Positions 8,901 through 23,900 of a stretch of 64,000 nt of DNA are shown piece by piece (position 1 is the first letter of the stretch; every line of letters starts with the position of its first letter). The position numbers and the translations under genes are program-made. The notes under the pieces are model-generated. The model was not told where the DNA came from. It worked only from the letters and a program-made list of their open reading frames with translations, and ran no database searches. The stretch is from Auanema rhodensis (taxonomy: Eukaryota; Animalia; Nematoda): positions 2,046,001 through 2,110,000 of the forward strand of contig OZ059900.1 in the NCBI GenBank assembly GCA_964057225.1, written 5' to 3'.

Positions 8901-11900
8901 CAGAAGCATAGTTTTATTGTCTATGACAACAAAAGTCATCAATTAAACGCTAGTGATGTTTAAATACTGATTTTCGCTCAAATAGCATTACTACACTAAG
9001 TATGGTCGTTTTTATGCCTTTAACACCATATACTCACCGATTTTTGGTACAAAATCTGTAATACTCGTAAATTTTGATCATATTAGTTAAGATTTGAAAA
9101 TCAAACACACAATAAACAAAATCAGTCTATTTTTATGAGCTTGCACTGATATATATTCATTTTGATCAAAAAAGGTCGAAAATAGAAAGAATTTTTGAAA
9201 TTTACGAGTTTTGAGTCTAATTTGGCTAAATCGCTCATATATATGATCAAAAGCATAGTTTTACTGTCTATGACAACAAAAGTCATCAATTAAACGCTAG
9301 TGATGTTTAAATACTGAATTTCACTCAAATAGCATTACTACACTAAGTATGGTCGTTTTTATGCCTTTAACACCATATACTCACCGATTTTTGGTACAAA
9401 ATCTGTGATACTCGTAAATTTTGATCATATTCGTTAAGATTCGAGAATCAAACACACAATACACGAAATAAGTTTATTTTTACGAGTTTGCACTGATATT
9501 TATTCATTTTGATCAAAAAAGGTCGAAAATAGAAAGAATTTTTGAAATTTCCGAGTTTTGAGTCTAATTTGGCTAAATTGCTCATATACATGATCAGAAG
9601 CATAGTTTTATTGTCTCTGACAACAAAAGTCATCAATTAAACGCTAGTGATGTTTAAATACTGATTTTCGCTCAAATAGCATTACTACACTAAGTATGGT
9701 CGTTTTTATGCCTTTAACACCATATACTCACCGATTTTTGGTACAAAATCTGTAATACTCGTAAATTTTGATCATATTCGTTAAGATTTGAGAATCAAAC
9801 ACACAATAAACAAAATCAGTCTATTTTTATGAGCTTGCACTGATATATATTCATTTTGATCAAAAAAGGTCGAAAATAGAAAGAATTTTTGAATTTTCCG
9901 AGTTTTGAGTCTAATTTGGCTAAATCGCTCATATATATGATCAAAAGCATAGTTTTATTGTCTATGACAACAAAAGTCATCAATTAAACGCTAGTGATGT
10001 TTAAATACTGAATTTCACTCAAATAGCATTACTACACTAAGTATGGTCGTTTTTATGCCTTTAACACCATATACTCACCGATTTTTGGTACAAAATCTGT
10101 GATACTCGTAAATTTTGATCATATTCGGTGAGATTCGAGGATCGAACACACAATACACGAAATATGTTTATTTTGACGAGTTTGCACTGATATTTATTCA
10201 TTTTGATCAAAAAAGGTCGAAAATAGAAAGAATTTTTGAAATTTCCGAGTTTTGAGTCTAATTTGGCTAAATCGCTCATATACATGATCAGAAGCATAGT
10301 TTTATTGTCTATGACAACAAAAGTCATCAATTAAACGCTAGTGATGTTTAAATACTGATTTTCGCTCAAATAGCATTACTACACTAAGTATGGTCGTTTT
10401 TATGCCTTTAACACCATATACTCACCGATTTTTGGTACAAAATCTGTAATACTCGTAAATTTTGATCATATTCGTTAAGATTTGAAAATCAAACACACAA
10501 TAAACAAAATCAGTCTATTTTTATGAGCTTGCACTGATATATATTCATTTTGATCAAAAAAGGTCGAAAATAGAAAGAATTTTTGAAATTTACGAGTTTT
10601 GAATCTAATTTGGCTAAATCGCTCATATATATGATCAAAAGCATAGTTTTACTGTCTATGATAACAAAAGTCTTCAAATATACACTAATAATGATTAAAT
10701 CACTGAATTTCACTCAAATAGCATTACTACACTAAGTATGGTCGTTTTCATGCCTTTAACACCATATACTCACCGATTTTTGGTACAAAATCTGTAATAC
10801 TTGTAAATTTTGATCATATTCGTTAAGATTCGAGAATCAAACACACAATACACGAAATAAGTTTATTTTTACGAGTTTGCACTGATATTTATTCATTTTG
10901 ATCAAAAAAGGTCGAAAATAGAAAGAATTTTTGAAATTTCCGAGTTTTGAGTCTAATTTGGCTAAATCGCTCATATATATGATCAAAAGCATAGTTTTAT
11001 TGTCTATGACAACAAAAGTCATAAATTAAACGCTAGTGATGTTTAAATACTGATTTTCGCTCAAATAGCATTACTACACTAAGTATGGTCGTTTTTATGC
11101 CTTTAACACCATATACTCACCGATTTTTGGTACAAAATCTGTAATACTCGTAAATTTTGATCATATTCGTTAAGATTTGAGAATCAAACACACAATAAAC
11201 AAAATCAGTCTATTTTTATGAGCTTGCACTGATATATATTCATTTTGATCAAAAAAGGTCGAAAATAGAAAGAATTTTTGAATTTTCCGAGTTTTGAGTC
11301 CAATTGGGCTAAATCGCTCATATATATGATCAAAAGCATAGTTTTATTGTCTATAACAACAAAAGTCGTCAATTAAACGCTAGTGATGTTTAAATACTGA
11401 ATTTCACTCAAATAGCATTACTACACTAAGTATGGTCGTTTTTATGCCTTTAACACCATATACTCACCGATTTTTGGTACAAAATCTGTGATACTCGTAA
11501 ATTTTGATCATATTCGGTGAGATTCGAGAATCAAACACACAATACACAAAATAAGTTTATTTTTACGAGTTTGCACTGATATTTATTCATTTTGATCAAA
11601 AAAGGTCGAAAATAGAAAGAATTTTTGAAATTTCCGAGTTTTGAGTCTAATTTGGCTAAATCGCTCATATACATGATCAGAAGCATAGTTTTATTGTCTA
11701 TGACAACAAAAGTCATCAATTAAACGCTAGTGATGTTTAAATACTGATTTTCGCTCAAATAGCATTACTACACTAAGTATGGTCGTTTTTATGCCTTTAA
11801 CACCATATACTCACCGATTTTTGGTACAAAATCTGTAATACTCGTAAATTTTGATCATATTCGTTAAGATTTGAAAATCAAACACACAATAAACAAAATC

Positions 11901-14900
11901 AGTCTATTTTTATGAGCTTGCACTGATATATATTCATTTTGATCAAAAAAGGTCGAAAATAGAAAGAATTTTTGAAATTTACGAGTTTTGAATCTAATTT
12001 GGCTAAATCGCTCATATATATGATCAAAAGCATAGTTTTACTGTCTATGATAACAAAAGTCTTCAAATATACACTAATAATGATTAAATCACTGAATTTC
12101 ACTCAAATAGCATTACTACACTAAGTATGGTCGTTTTCATGCCTTTAACACCATATACTCACCGATTTTTGGTACAAAATCTGTAATACTTGTAAATTTT
12201 GATCATATTCGTTAAGATTCGAGAATCAAACACACAATACACGAAATAAGTTTATTTTTACGAGTTTGCACTGATATTTATTCATTTTGATCAAAAAAGG
12301 TCGAAAATAGAAAGAATTTTTGAAATTTCCGAGTTTTGAGTCTAATTTGGCTAAATCGCTCATATATATGATCAAAAGCATAGTTTTATTGTCTATGACA
12401 ACAAAAGTCATCAATTAAACGCTAGTGATGTTTAAATACTGAATTTCGCTCAAATAGCATTACTACACTAAGTATGGTCGTTTTTATGCCTTTAACACCA
12501 TATACTCACCGATTTTTGGTACAAAATCTGTAATACTCGTAAATTTTGATCATATTCGTTAAGATTTGAGAATCAAACACACAATAAACAAAATCAGTCT
12601 ATTTTTATGAGCTTGCACTGATATATATTCATTTTGATCAAAAAAGGTCGAAAATAGAAAGAATTTTTGAATTTTCCGAGTTTTGAGTCCAATTGGGCTA
12701 AATCGCTCATATATATGATCAAAAGCATAGTTTTATTGTCTATAACAACAAAAGTCGTCAATTAAACGCTAGTGATGTTTAAATACTGAATTTCACTCAA
12801 ATAGCATTACTACACTAAGTATGGTCGTTTTTATGCCTTTAACACCATATACTCACCGATTTTTGGTACAAAATCTGTGATACTCGTAAATTTTGATCAT
12901 ATTCGGTGAGATTCGAGAATCAAACACACAATACACAAAATAAGTTTATTTTTACGAGTTTGCACTGATATTTATTCATTTTGATCAAAAAAGGTCGAAA
13001 ATAGAAAGAATTTTTGAAATTTCCGAGTTTTGAGTCTAATTTGGCTAAATCGCTCATATATATGATCAAAAGCATAGTTTTATTGTCTATGACAACAAAA
13101 GTCATCAATTAAACGCTAGTGATGTTTAAATACTGAATTTCGCTCAAATAGCATTACTACACTAAGTATGGTCGTTTTTATGCCTTTAACACCATATACT
13201 CACCGATTTTTGGTACAAAATCTGTAATACTCGTAAATTTTGATCATATTCGTTAAGATTTGAGAATCAAACATACAATACACAAAATCAGTCTATTTTT
13301 ATGAGCTTGCACTGATATATATTCATTTTGATCAAAAAAGGTCGAAAATAGAAAGAATTTTTGAAATTTACGAGTTTTGAATCTAATTTGGCTAAATCGC
13401 TCATATATATGATCAAAAGCATAGTTTTACTGTCTATGATAACAAAAGTCTTCAAATATACACTAATAATGATTAAATCACTGAATTTCACTCAAATAGC
13501 ATTACTACACTAAGTATGGTCGTTTTCATGCCTTTAACACCATATACTCACCGATTTTTGGTACAAAATCTGTGATACTCGTAAATTCTGATCATATTTG
13601 GTGAGATTCGAGAATCAAACACACAATACACGAAATAAGTTTATTTTTACGAGTTTGCACTGATATTTATTCATTTTGATCAAAAAAGGTCGAAAATAGA
13701 AAGAATTTTTGAAATTTCCGAGTTTTGAGTCTAATTTGGCTAAATCGCTCATATATATGATCAAAAGCATAGTTTTATTGTCTATGACAACAAAAGTCAT
13801 CAATTAAACGCTAGTGATGTTTAAATACTGAATTTCGCTCAAATAGCATTACTACACTAAGTATGGTCGTTTTTATGCCTTTAACACCATATACTCACCG
13901 ATTTTTGGTACAAAATCTGTGATACTCGTAAATTTTGATCATATTCGGTGAGATTCGAGGATCGAACACACAATACACGAAATAAGTTTATTTTGACGAG
14001 TTTGCACTGATATTTATTCTTTTTGATCAAAAAAGGTCGAAAATAGAAAGAACTTTTGAATTTTCCGAGTTTTGAGTCCAATTGGGCTAAATCGCTCATA
14101 TATATGATCAAAAGCATAGTTTTATTGTCTATAACAACAAAAGTCATCAATTAAACGCTAGTGATGTTTAAATACTGAATTTCACTCAAATAGCATTACT
14201 ACACTAAGTATGGTCGTTTTTATGCCTTTAACACCATATACTCACCGATTTTTGGTACAAAATCTGTGATACTCGTAAATTTTGATCATATTCGGTGAGA
14301 TTCGAGAATCAAACACACAATACACGAAATAAGTTTATTTTTACGAGTTTGCACTGATATTTATTCATTTTGATCAAAAAAGGTCGAAAATAGAAAGAAT
14401 TTTTGAAATTTCCGAGTTTTGAGTCTAATTTGGCTAAATCGCTCATATATATGATCAAAAGCATAGTTTTATTGTCTATGACAACAAAAGTCATCAATTA
14501 AACGCTAGTGATGTTTAAATACTGAATTTCGCTCAAATAGCATTACTACACTAAGTATGGTCGTTTTCATGCCTTTAACACCATATACTCACCGATTTTT
14601 GGTACAAAATCTGTGATACTCGTAAATTTTGATCATATTCGGTGAGATTCGAGAATCAAACACACAATACACGAAATAAGTTTATTTTTACGAGTTTGCA
14701 CTGATATTTATTCATTTTGATCAAAAAAGGTCGAAAATAGAAAGAATTTTTGAAATTTCCGAGTTTTGAGTCTAATTTGGCTAAATCGCTCATATATATG
14801 ATCAAAAGCATAGTTTTATTGTCTATGACAACAAAAGTCATAAATTAAACGCTAGTGATGTTTAAATACTGATTTTCGCTCAAATAGCATTACTACACTA

Positions 14901-17900
14901 AGTATGGTCGTTTTTATGCCTTTAACACCATATACTCACCGATTTTTGGTACAAAATCTGTGATACTCGTAAATTTTGATCATATTCGGTGAGATTCGAG
15001 GATCGAACACACAATACACGAAATATGTTTATTTTGACGAGTTTGCACTGATATTTATTCATTTTGATCAAAAAAGGTCGAAAATAGAAAGAATTTTTGA
15101 AATTTCCGAGTTTTGAGTCTAATTTGGCTAAATCGCTCATATACATGATCAGAAGCATAGTTTTATTGTCTATGACAACAAAAGTCATCAATTAAACGCT
15201 AGTGATGTTTAAATACTGATTTTCGCTCAAATAGCATTACTACACTAAGTATGGTCGTTTTTATGCCTTTAACACCATATACTCACCGATTTTTGGTACA
15301 AAATCTGTAATACTCGTAAATTTTGATCATATTCGTTAAGATTTGAAAATCAAACACACAATAAACAAAATCAGTCTATTTTTATGAGCTTGCACTGATA
15401 TATATTCATTTTGATCAAAAAAGGTCGAAAATAGAAAGAATTTTTGAAATTTACGAGTTTTGAGTCTAATTTGGCTAAATCGCTCATATATATGATCAAA
15501 AGCATAGTTTTACTGTCTATGATAACAAAAGTCTTCAAATATACACTAATAATGTGTAAATCACTGAATTTCACTCAAATGCATTACTACACTAAGTATG
15601 GTCGTTTTTATGCCTTTAACACCATATACTCACCGATTTTTGGTACAAAATCTGTAATACTTGTAAATTTTGATCATATTCGTTAAGATTCGAGAATCAA
15701 ACACACAATACACGAAATAAGTTTATTTTTACGAGTTTGCACTGATATTTATTCATTTTGATCAAAAAAGGTCGAAAATAGAAAGAATTTTTGAAATTTC
15801 CGAGTTTTGAGTCTAATTTGGCTAAATTGCTCATATACATGATCAGAAGCATAGTTTTATTGTCTCTGACAACAAAAGTCATCAATTAAACGCTAGTGAT
15901 GTTTAAATACTGATTTTCGCTCAAATAGCATTACTACACTAAGTATGGTCATTTTTATGCCTTTAACACCATATACTCACCGATTTTTGGTACAAAATCT
16001 GTAATACTCGTAAATTTTGATCATATTCGTTAAGATTTGAGAATCAAACACACAATAAACAAAATCAGTCTATTTTTATGAGCTTGCACTGATATATATT
16101 CATTTTGATCAAAAAAGGTCGAAAATAGAAAGAATTTTTGAATTTTCCGAGTTTTGAGTCTAATTTGGCTAAATCGCTCATATATATGATCAAAAGCATA
16201 GTTTTATTGTCTATGACAACAAAAGTCATCAATTAAACGCTAGTGATGTTTAAATACTGAATTTCACTCAAATAGCATTACTACACTAAGTATGGTCGTT
16301 TTTATGCCTTTAACACCATATACTCACCGATTTTTGGTACAAAATCTGTGATACTCGTAAATTTTGATCATATTCGGTGAGATTCGAGGATCGAACACAC
16401 AATACACGAAATATGTTTATTTTGACGAGTTTGCACTGATTTTTATTCATTTTGATCAAAAAAGGTCGAAAATAGAAAGAATTTTTGAAATTTCCGAGTT
16501 TTGAATCTAATTTGGCTAAATCGCTCATATACATGATCAGAAGCATAGTTTTATTGTCTATGACAACAAAAGTCATCAATTAAACGCTAGTGATGTTTAA
16601 ATACTGATTTTCGCTCAAATAGCATTACTACACTAAGTATGGTCGTTTTTATGCCTTTAACACCATATACTCACCGATTTTTGGTACAAAATCTGTAATA
16701 CTCGTAAATTTTGATCATATTCGTTAAGATTTGAAAATCAAACACACAATAAACAAAATCAGTCTATTTTTATGAGCTTGCACTGATATATATTCATTTT
16801 GATCAAAAAAGGTCGAAAATAGAAAGAATTTTTGAAATTTACGAGTTTTGAATCTAATTTGGCTAAATCGCTCATATATATGATCAAAAGCATAGTTTTA
16901 CTGTCTATGATAACAAAAGTCTTCAAATATACACTAATAATGATTAAATCACTGAATTTCACTCAAATAGCATTACTACACTAAGTATGGTCGTTTTCAT
17001 GCCTTTAACACCATATATTCACCGATTTTTGGTACAAAATCTGTAATACTTGTAAATTTTGATCATATTCGTTAAGATTCGAGAATCAAACACACAATAC
17101 ACGAAATAAATTTATTTTTACGAGTTTGCACTGATATTTATTCATTTTGATCAAAAAAGGTCGAAAATAGAAAGAATTTTTGAAATTTCCGAGTTTTGAG
17201 TCTAATTTGGCTAAATCGCTCATATATATGATCAAAAGCATAGTTTTATTGTCTATGACAACAAAAGTCATCAATTAAACGCTAGTGATGTTTAAATACT
17301 GAATTTCGCTCAAATAGCATTACTACACTAAGTATGGTCGTTTTTATGCCTTTAACACCATATACTCACCGATTTTTGGTACAAAATCTGTAATACTCGT
17401 AAATTTTGATCATATTCGTTAAGATTTGAGAATCAAACACACAATAAACAAAATCAGTCTATTTTTATGAGCTTGCACTGATATATATTCATTTTGATCA
17501 AAAAAGGTCGAAAATAGAAAGAATTTTTGAATTTTCCGAGTTTTGAGTCCAATTGGGCTAAATCGCTCATATATATGATCAAAAGCATAGTTTTATTGTC
17601 TATAACAACAAAAGTCATCAATTAAACGCTAGTGATGTTTAAATACTGAATTTCACTCAAATAGCATTACTACACTAAGTATGGTCGTTTTTATGCCTTT
17701 AACACCATATACTCACCGATTTTTGGTACAAAATCTGTGATACTCGTAAATTTTGATCATATTCGGTGAGATTCGAGAATCAAACACACAATACACGAAA
17801 TAAGTTTATTTTTACGAGTTTGCACTGATATTTATTCATTTTGATCAAAAAAGGTCGAAAATAGAAAGAATTTTTGAAATTTCCGAGTTTTGAGTCTAAT

Positions 17901-20900
17901 TTGGCTAAATCGCTCATATATATGATCAAAAGCATAGTTTTATTGTCTATGACAACAAAAGTCATCAATTAAACGCTAGTGATGTTTAAATACTGAATTT
18001 CGCTCAAATAGCATTACTACACTAAGTATGGTCGTTTTTATGCCTTTAACACCATATACTCACCGATTTTTGGTACAAAATCTGTAATACTCGTAAATTT
18101 TGATCATATTCGTTAAGATTTGAGAATCAAACATACAATACACAAAATCAGTCTATTTTTATGAGCTTGCACTGATATATATTCATTTTGATCAAAAAAG
18201 GTCGAAAATAGAAAGAATTTTTGAAATTTACGAGTTTTGAATCTAATTTGGCTAAATCGCTCATATATATGATCAAAAGCATAGTTTTACTGTCTATGAT
18301 AACAAAAGTCTTCAAATATACACTAATAATGATAAAATCACTGAATTTCACTCAAATAGCATTACTACACTAAGTATGGTCGTTTTCATGCCTTTAACAC
18401 CATATACTCACCGATTTTTGGTACAAAATCTGTGATACTCGTAAATTTTGATCATATTTGGTGAGATTCGAGAATCAAACACACAATACACGAAATAAGT
18501 TTATTTTTACGAGTTTGCACTGATATTTATTCATTTTGATCAAAAAAGGTCGAAAATAGAAAGAATTTTTGAAATTTCCGAGTTTTGAGTCTAATTCGGC
18601 TAAATCGCTCATATATATGATCAAAAGCATAGTTTTATTGTCTATGACAACAAAAGTCATCAATTAAACGCTAGTGATGTTTAAATACTGAATTTCGCTC
18701 AAATAGCATTACTACACTAAGTATGGTCGTTTTTATGCCTTTAACACCATATACTCACCGATTTTTGGTACAAAATCTGTAATACTCGTAAATTTTGATC
18801 ATATTCGGTGAGATTCGAGAATCAAACACACAATACACGAAATAAGTTTATTTTGACGAGTTTGCACTGATATTTATTCTTTTTGATCAAAAAAGGTCGA
18901 AAATAGAAAGAATTTTTGAATTGTCCGAGTTTTGAGTCCAATTGGGCTAAATCGCTCATATATATGATCAAAAGCATAGTTTTATTGTCTATAACAACAA
19001 AAGTCATCAATTAAACGCTAGTGATGTTTAAATACTGAATTTCACTCAAATAGCATTACTACACTAAGTATGGTCGTTTTTATGCCTTTAACACCATATA
19101 CTCACCGATTTTTGGTACAAAATCTGTGATACTCGTAAATTTTGATCATATTCGGTGAGATTCGAGAATCAAACACACAATACACGAAATAAGTTTATTT
19201 TTACGAGTTTGCACTGATATTTATTCATTTTGATCAAAAAAGGTCGAAAATAGAAAGAATTTTTGAAATTTCCGAGTTTTGAGTCTAATTTGGCTAAATC
19301 GCTCATATATATGATCAAAAGCATAGTTTTATTGTCTATGACAACAAAAGTCATCAATTAAACGCTAGTGATGTTTAAATACTGAATTTCGCTCAAATAG
19401 CATTACTACACTAAGTATGGTCGTTTTTATGCCTTTAACACCATATACTCACCGATTTTTGGTACAAAATCTGTAATACTCGTAAATTTTGATCATATTC
19501 GTTAAGATTTGAGAATCAAACATACAATACACAAAATCAGTCTATTTTTATGAGCTTGCACTGATATATATTCATTTTGATCAAAAAAGGTCGAAAATAG
19601 AAAGAATTTTTGAAATTTACGAGTTTTGAATCTAATTTGGCTAAATCGCTCATATATATGATCAAAAGCATAGTTTTACTGTCTATGATAACAAAAGTCT
19701 TCAAATATACACTAATAATGATTAAATCACTGAATTTCACTCAAATAGCATTACTACACTAAGTATGGTCGTTTTCATGCCTTTAACACCATATACTCAC
19801 CGATTTTTGGTACAAAATCTGTGATACTCGTAAATTTTGATCATATTTGGTGAGATTCGAGAATCAAACACACAATACACGAAATAAGTTTATTTTTACG
19901 AGTTTGCACTGATATTTATTCATTTTGATCAAAAAAGGTCGAAAATAGAAAGAATTTTTGAAATTTCCGAGTTTTGAGTCTAATTTGGCTAAATCGCTCA
20001 TATATATGATCAAAAGCATAGTTTTATTGTCTATGACAACAAAAGTCATCAATTAAACGCTAGTGATGTTTAAATACTGAATTTCACTCAAATAGCATTA
20101 CTACACTAAGTATGGTCGTTTTTATGCCTTTAACACCATATACTCACCGATTTTTGGTACAAAATCTGTGATACTCGTAAATTTTGATCATATTCGGTGA
20201 GATTCGAGAATCAAACACACAATACACGAAATAAGTTTATTTTTACGAGTTTGCACTGATATTTATTCATTTTGATCAAAAAAGGTCGAAAATAGAAAGA
20301 ATTTTTGAAATTTCCGAGTTTTGAGTCTAATTTGGCTAAATCGCTCATATATATGATCAAAAGCATAGTTTTATTGTCTATGACAACAAAAGTCATCAAT
20401 TAAACGCTAGTGATGTTTAAATACTGAATTTCGCTCAAATAGCATTACTACACTAAGTATGGTCGTTTTTATGCCTTTAACACCATATACTCACCGATTT
20501 TTGGTACAAAATCTGTAATACTCGTAAATTTTGATCATATTCGTTAAGATTTGAGAATCAAACATACAATACACAAAATCAGTCTATTTTTATGAGCTTG
20601 CACTGATATATATTCATTTTGATCAAAAAAGGTCGAAAATAGAAAGAATTTTTGAAATTTACGAGTTTTGAATCTAATTTGGCTAAATCGCTCATATATA
20701 TGATCAAAAGCATAGTTTTACTGTCTATGATAACAAAAGTCTTCAAATATACACTAATAATGATTAAATCACTGAATTTCACTCAAATAGCATTACTACA
20801 CTAAGTATGGTCGTTTTCATGCCTTTAACACCATATACTCACCGATTTTTGGTACAAAATCTGTGATACTCGTAAATTTTGATCATATTCGGTGAGATTC

Positions 20901-23900
20901 GAGAATCAAACACACAATACACGAAATGAGTTTATTTTTACGAGTTTGCACTGATATTTATTCATTTTGATCAAAAAAGGTCGAAAATAGAAAGAATTTT
21001 TGAAATTTCCGAGTTTTGAGTCTAATTTGGCTAAATCGCTCATATATATGATCAAAAGCATAGTTTTATTGTCTATGACAACAAAAGTCATCAATTAAAC
21101 GCTAGTGATGTTTAAATACTTAATTTCGCTCAAATAGCATTACTACACTAAGTATGGTCGTTTTTATGCCTTTAACACCATATACTCACCGATTTTTGGT
21201 ACAAAATCTGTGATACTCGTAAATTTTGATCATATTCGGTGAGATTCGAGAATCAAACACACAATACACGAAATAAGTTTATTTTGACGAGTTTGCACTG
21301 ATATTTATTCTTTTTGATCAAAAAAGGTCGAAAATAGAAAGAATTTTTGAAATTTCCGAGTTTTGAGTCTAATTTGGCTAAATCGCTCATATACATGATC
21401 AGAAGCATAGTTTTATTGTCTATGACAACAAAAGTCATCAATTAAACGCTAGTGATGTTTAAATACTGATTTTCGCTCAAATAGCATTACTACACTAAGT
21501 ATGGTCGTTTTTATGCCTTTAACACCATATACTCACCGATTTTTGGTACAAAATCTGTAATACTCGTAAATTTTGATCATATTCGTTAAGATTTGAGAAT
21601 CAAACATACAATACACAAAATCAGTCTATTTTTATGAGCTTGCACTGATATATATTCATTTTGATCAAAAAAGGTCGAAAATAGAAAGAATTTTTGAAAT
21701 TTACGAGTTTTGAATCTAATTTGGCTAAATCGCTCATATATATGATCAAAAGCATAGTTTTACTGTCTATGATAACAAAAGTCTTCAAATATACACTAAT
21801 AATGATTAAATCACTGAATTTCACTCAAATAGCATTACTACACTAAGTATGGTCGTTTTTATGCCTTTAACACCATATACTCACCGATTTTTGGTACAAA
21901 ATCTGTAATACTTGTAAATTTTGATCATATTCGTTAAGATTCGAGAATCAAACACACAATACACGAAATGAGTTTATTTTTACGAGTTTGCACTGATATT
22001 TATTCATTTTGATCAAAAAAGGTCGAAAATAGAAAGAATTTTTGAAATTTCCGAGTTTTGAGTCTAATTTGGCTAAATCGCTCATATACATGATCAGAAG
22101 CATAGTTTTATTGTCTATGACAACAAAAGTCATCAATTAAACGCTAGTGATGTTTAAATACTGATTTTCGCTCAAATAGCATTACTACACTAAGTATGGT
22201 CGTTTTTATGCCTTTAACACCATACACTCACCGATTTTTGGTACAAAATCTGTAATACTCGTAAATTTTGATCATATTCGTTAAGATTTGAAAATCAAAC
22301 ACACAATAAACAAAATCAGTCTATTTTTATGAGTTTGCACTGATATATATTCATTTTGATCAAAAAAGGTCGAAAATAGAAAGAATTTTCGAATTTTCCG
22401 AGTTTTGAGTCTAATTTGGCTAAATCGCTCATATATATGATCAGAAGCATAGTTTTATTGTATATGACAACAAAAATCATTAGGTAAACACTAATGATGT
22501 TTAAATCACTAAATTTCGCTCAAATAGCATTACTACACTAAGTATGGTCGTTTTTATGCCTTTAACACCATATACTCACCGATTTTTGGTACAAAATCTG
22601 TAATACTTGTAAATTTTGATCATATTCGTTAAGATTCGAGAATCAAACAATCAAATACACGAAATAAGTCTATTTTTATGAGTTTGCACTGATATTTATT
22701 CATTTTGATCAAAAAAGGTCGAAAATAGAAAGAATTTTTGAATTTTCCGAGTTTTGAATCTAATTTGGCTAAATCGCTCATATATATGATCAAAAGCATA
22801 GTTTTACTGTCTATGATAACAAAAGTCTTCAAATATACACTAATAATGATTAAATCACTGAATTTCACTCAAATAGCATTACTACACTAAGTATGGTCGT
22901 TTTTATGCCTTTAACACCATATACTCACCGATTTTTGGTACAAAATCTGTAATACTTGTAAATTTTGATCATATTCGTTAAGATTCGAGAATCAAACACA
23001 CAATAAACAAAATCAGTCTATTTTTATGAGTTTGCACTGATATATATTCATTTTGATCAAAAAAGGTCGAAAATAGAAAGAATTTTCGAATTTTCCGAGT
23101 TTTGAGTCTAATTTGGCTAAATCGCTCATATATATGATCAGAAGCATAGTTTTATTGTATATGACAACAAAAATCATTAGGTAAACACTAATGATGTTTA
23201 AATCACTAAATTTCGCTCAAATAGCATTACTACACTAAGTATGGTCGTTTTTATGCCTTTAACACCATATACTCACCGATTTTTGGTACAAAATCTGTAA
23301 TACTTGTAAATTTTGATCATATTCGTTAAGATTCGAGAATCAAACAATCAAATACACGAAATAAGTCTATTTTTATGAGTTTGCACTGATATTTATTCAT
23401 TTTGATCAAAAAAGGTCGAAAATAGAAAGAATTTTTGAATTTTCCGAGTTTTGAGTCCAATTGGGCTAAATCGCTCATATATATGATCAAAAGCATAGTT
23501 TTACTGTCTATGATAACAAAAGTCTTCAAATATACATTAATGATGTGTAAATCACTGAATTTCACTCAAATAGCTTTACTACACTAAGTATGGTCGTTTT
23601 TATGCCTTTAACACCATATACTCACCGATTTTTGGTACAAAATCTGTAATACTCGTAAATTTTGATCATATTCGTTAAAATTTGAGAATCAAACATACAA
23701 TACACAAAATCAGTCTATTTTTATGAGCTTGCACTGATATATATTCATTTTGATCAAAAAAGGTCGAAAATAGAAAGAATTTTTGAAATTTCCGAGTTTT
23801 GAGTCTAATTTGGCTAAATCGCTCATATATATGATCAAAAGCATAGTTTTACTGTCTATGATAACAAAAGTCTTCAAATATACACTAATAATGTGTAAAT

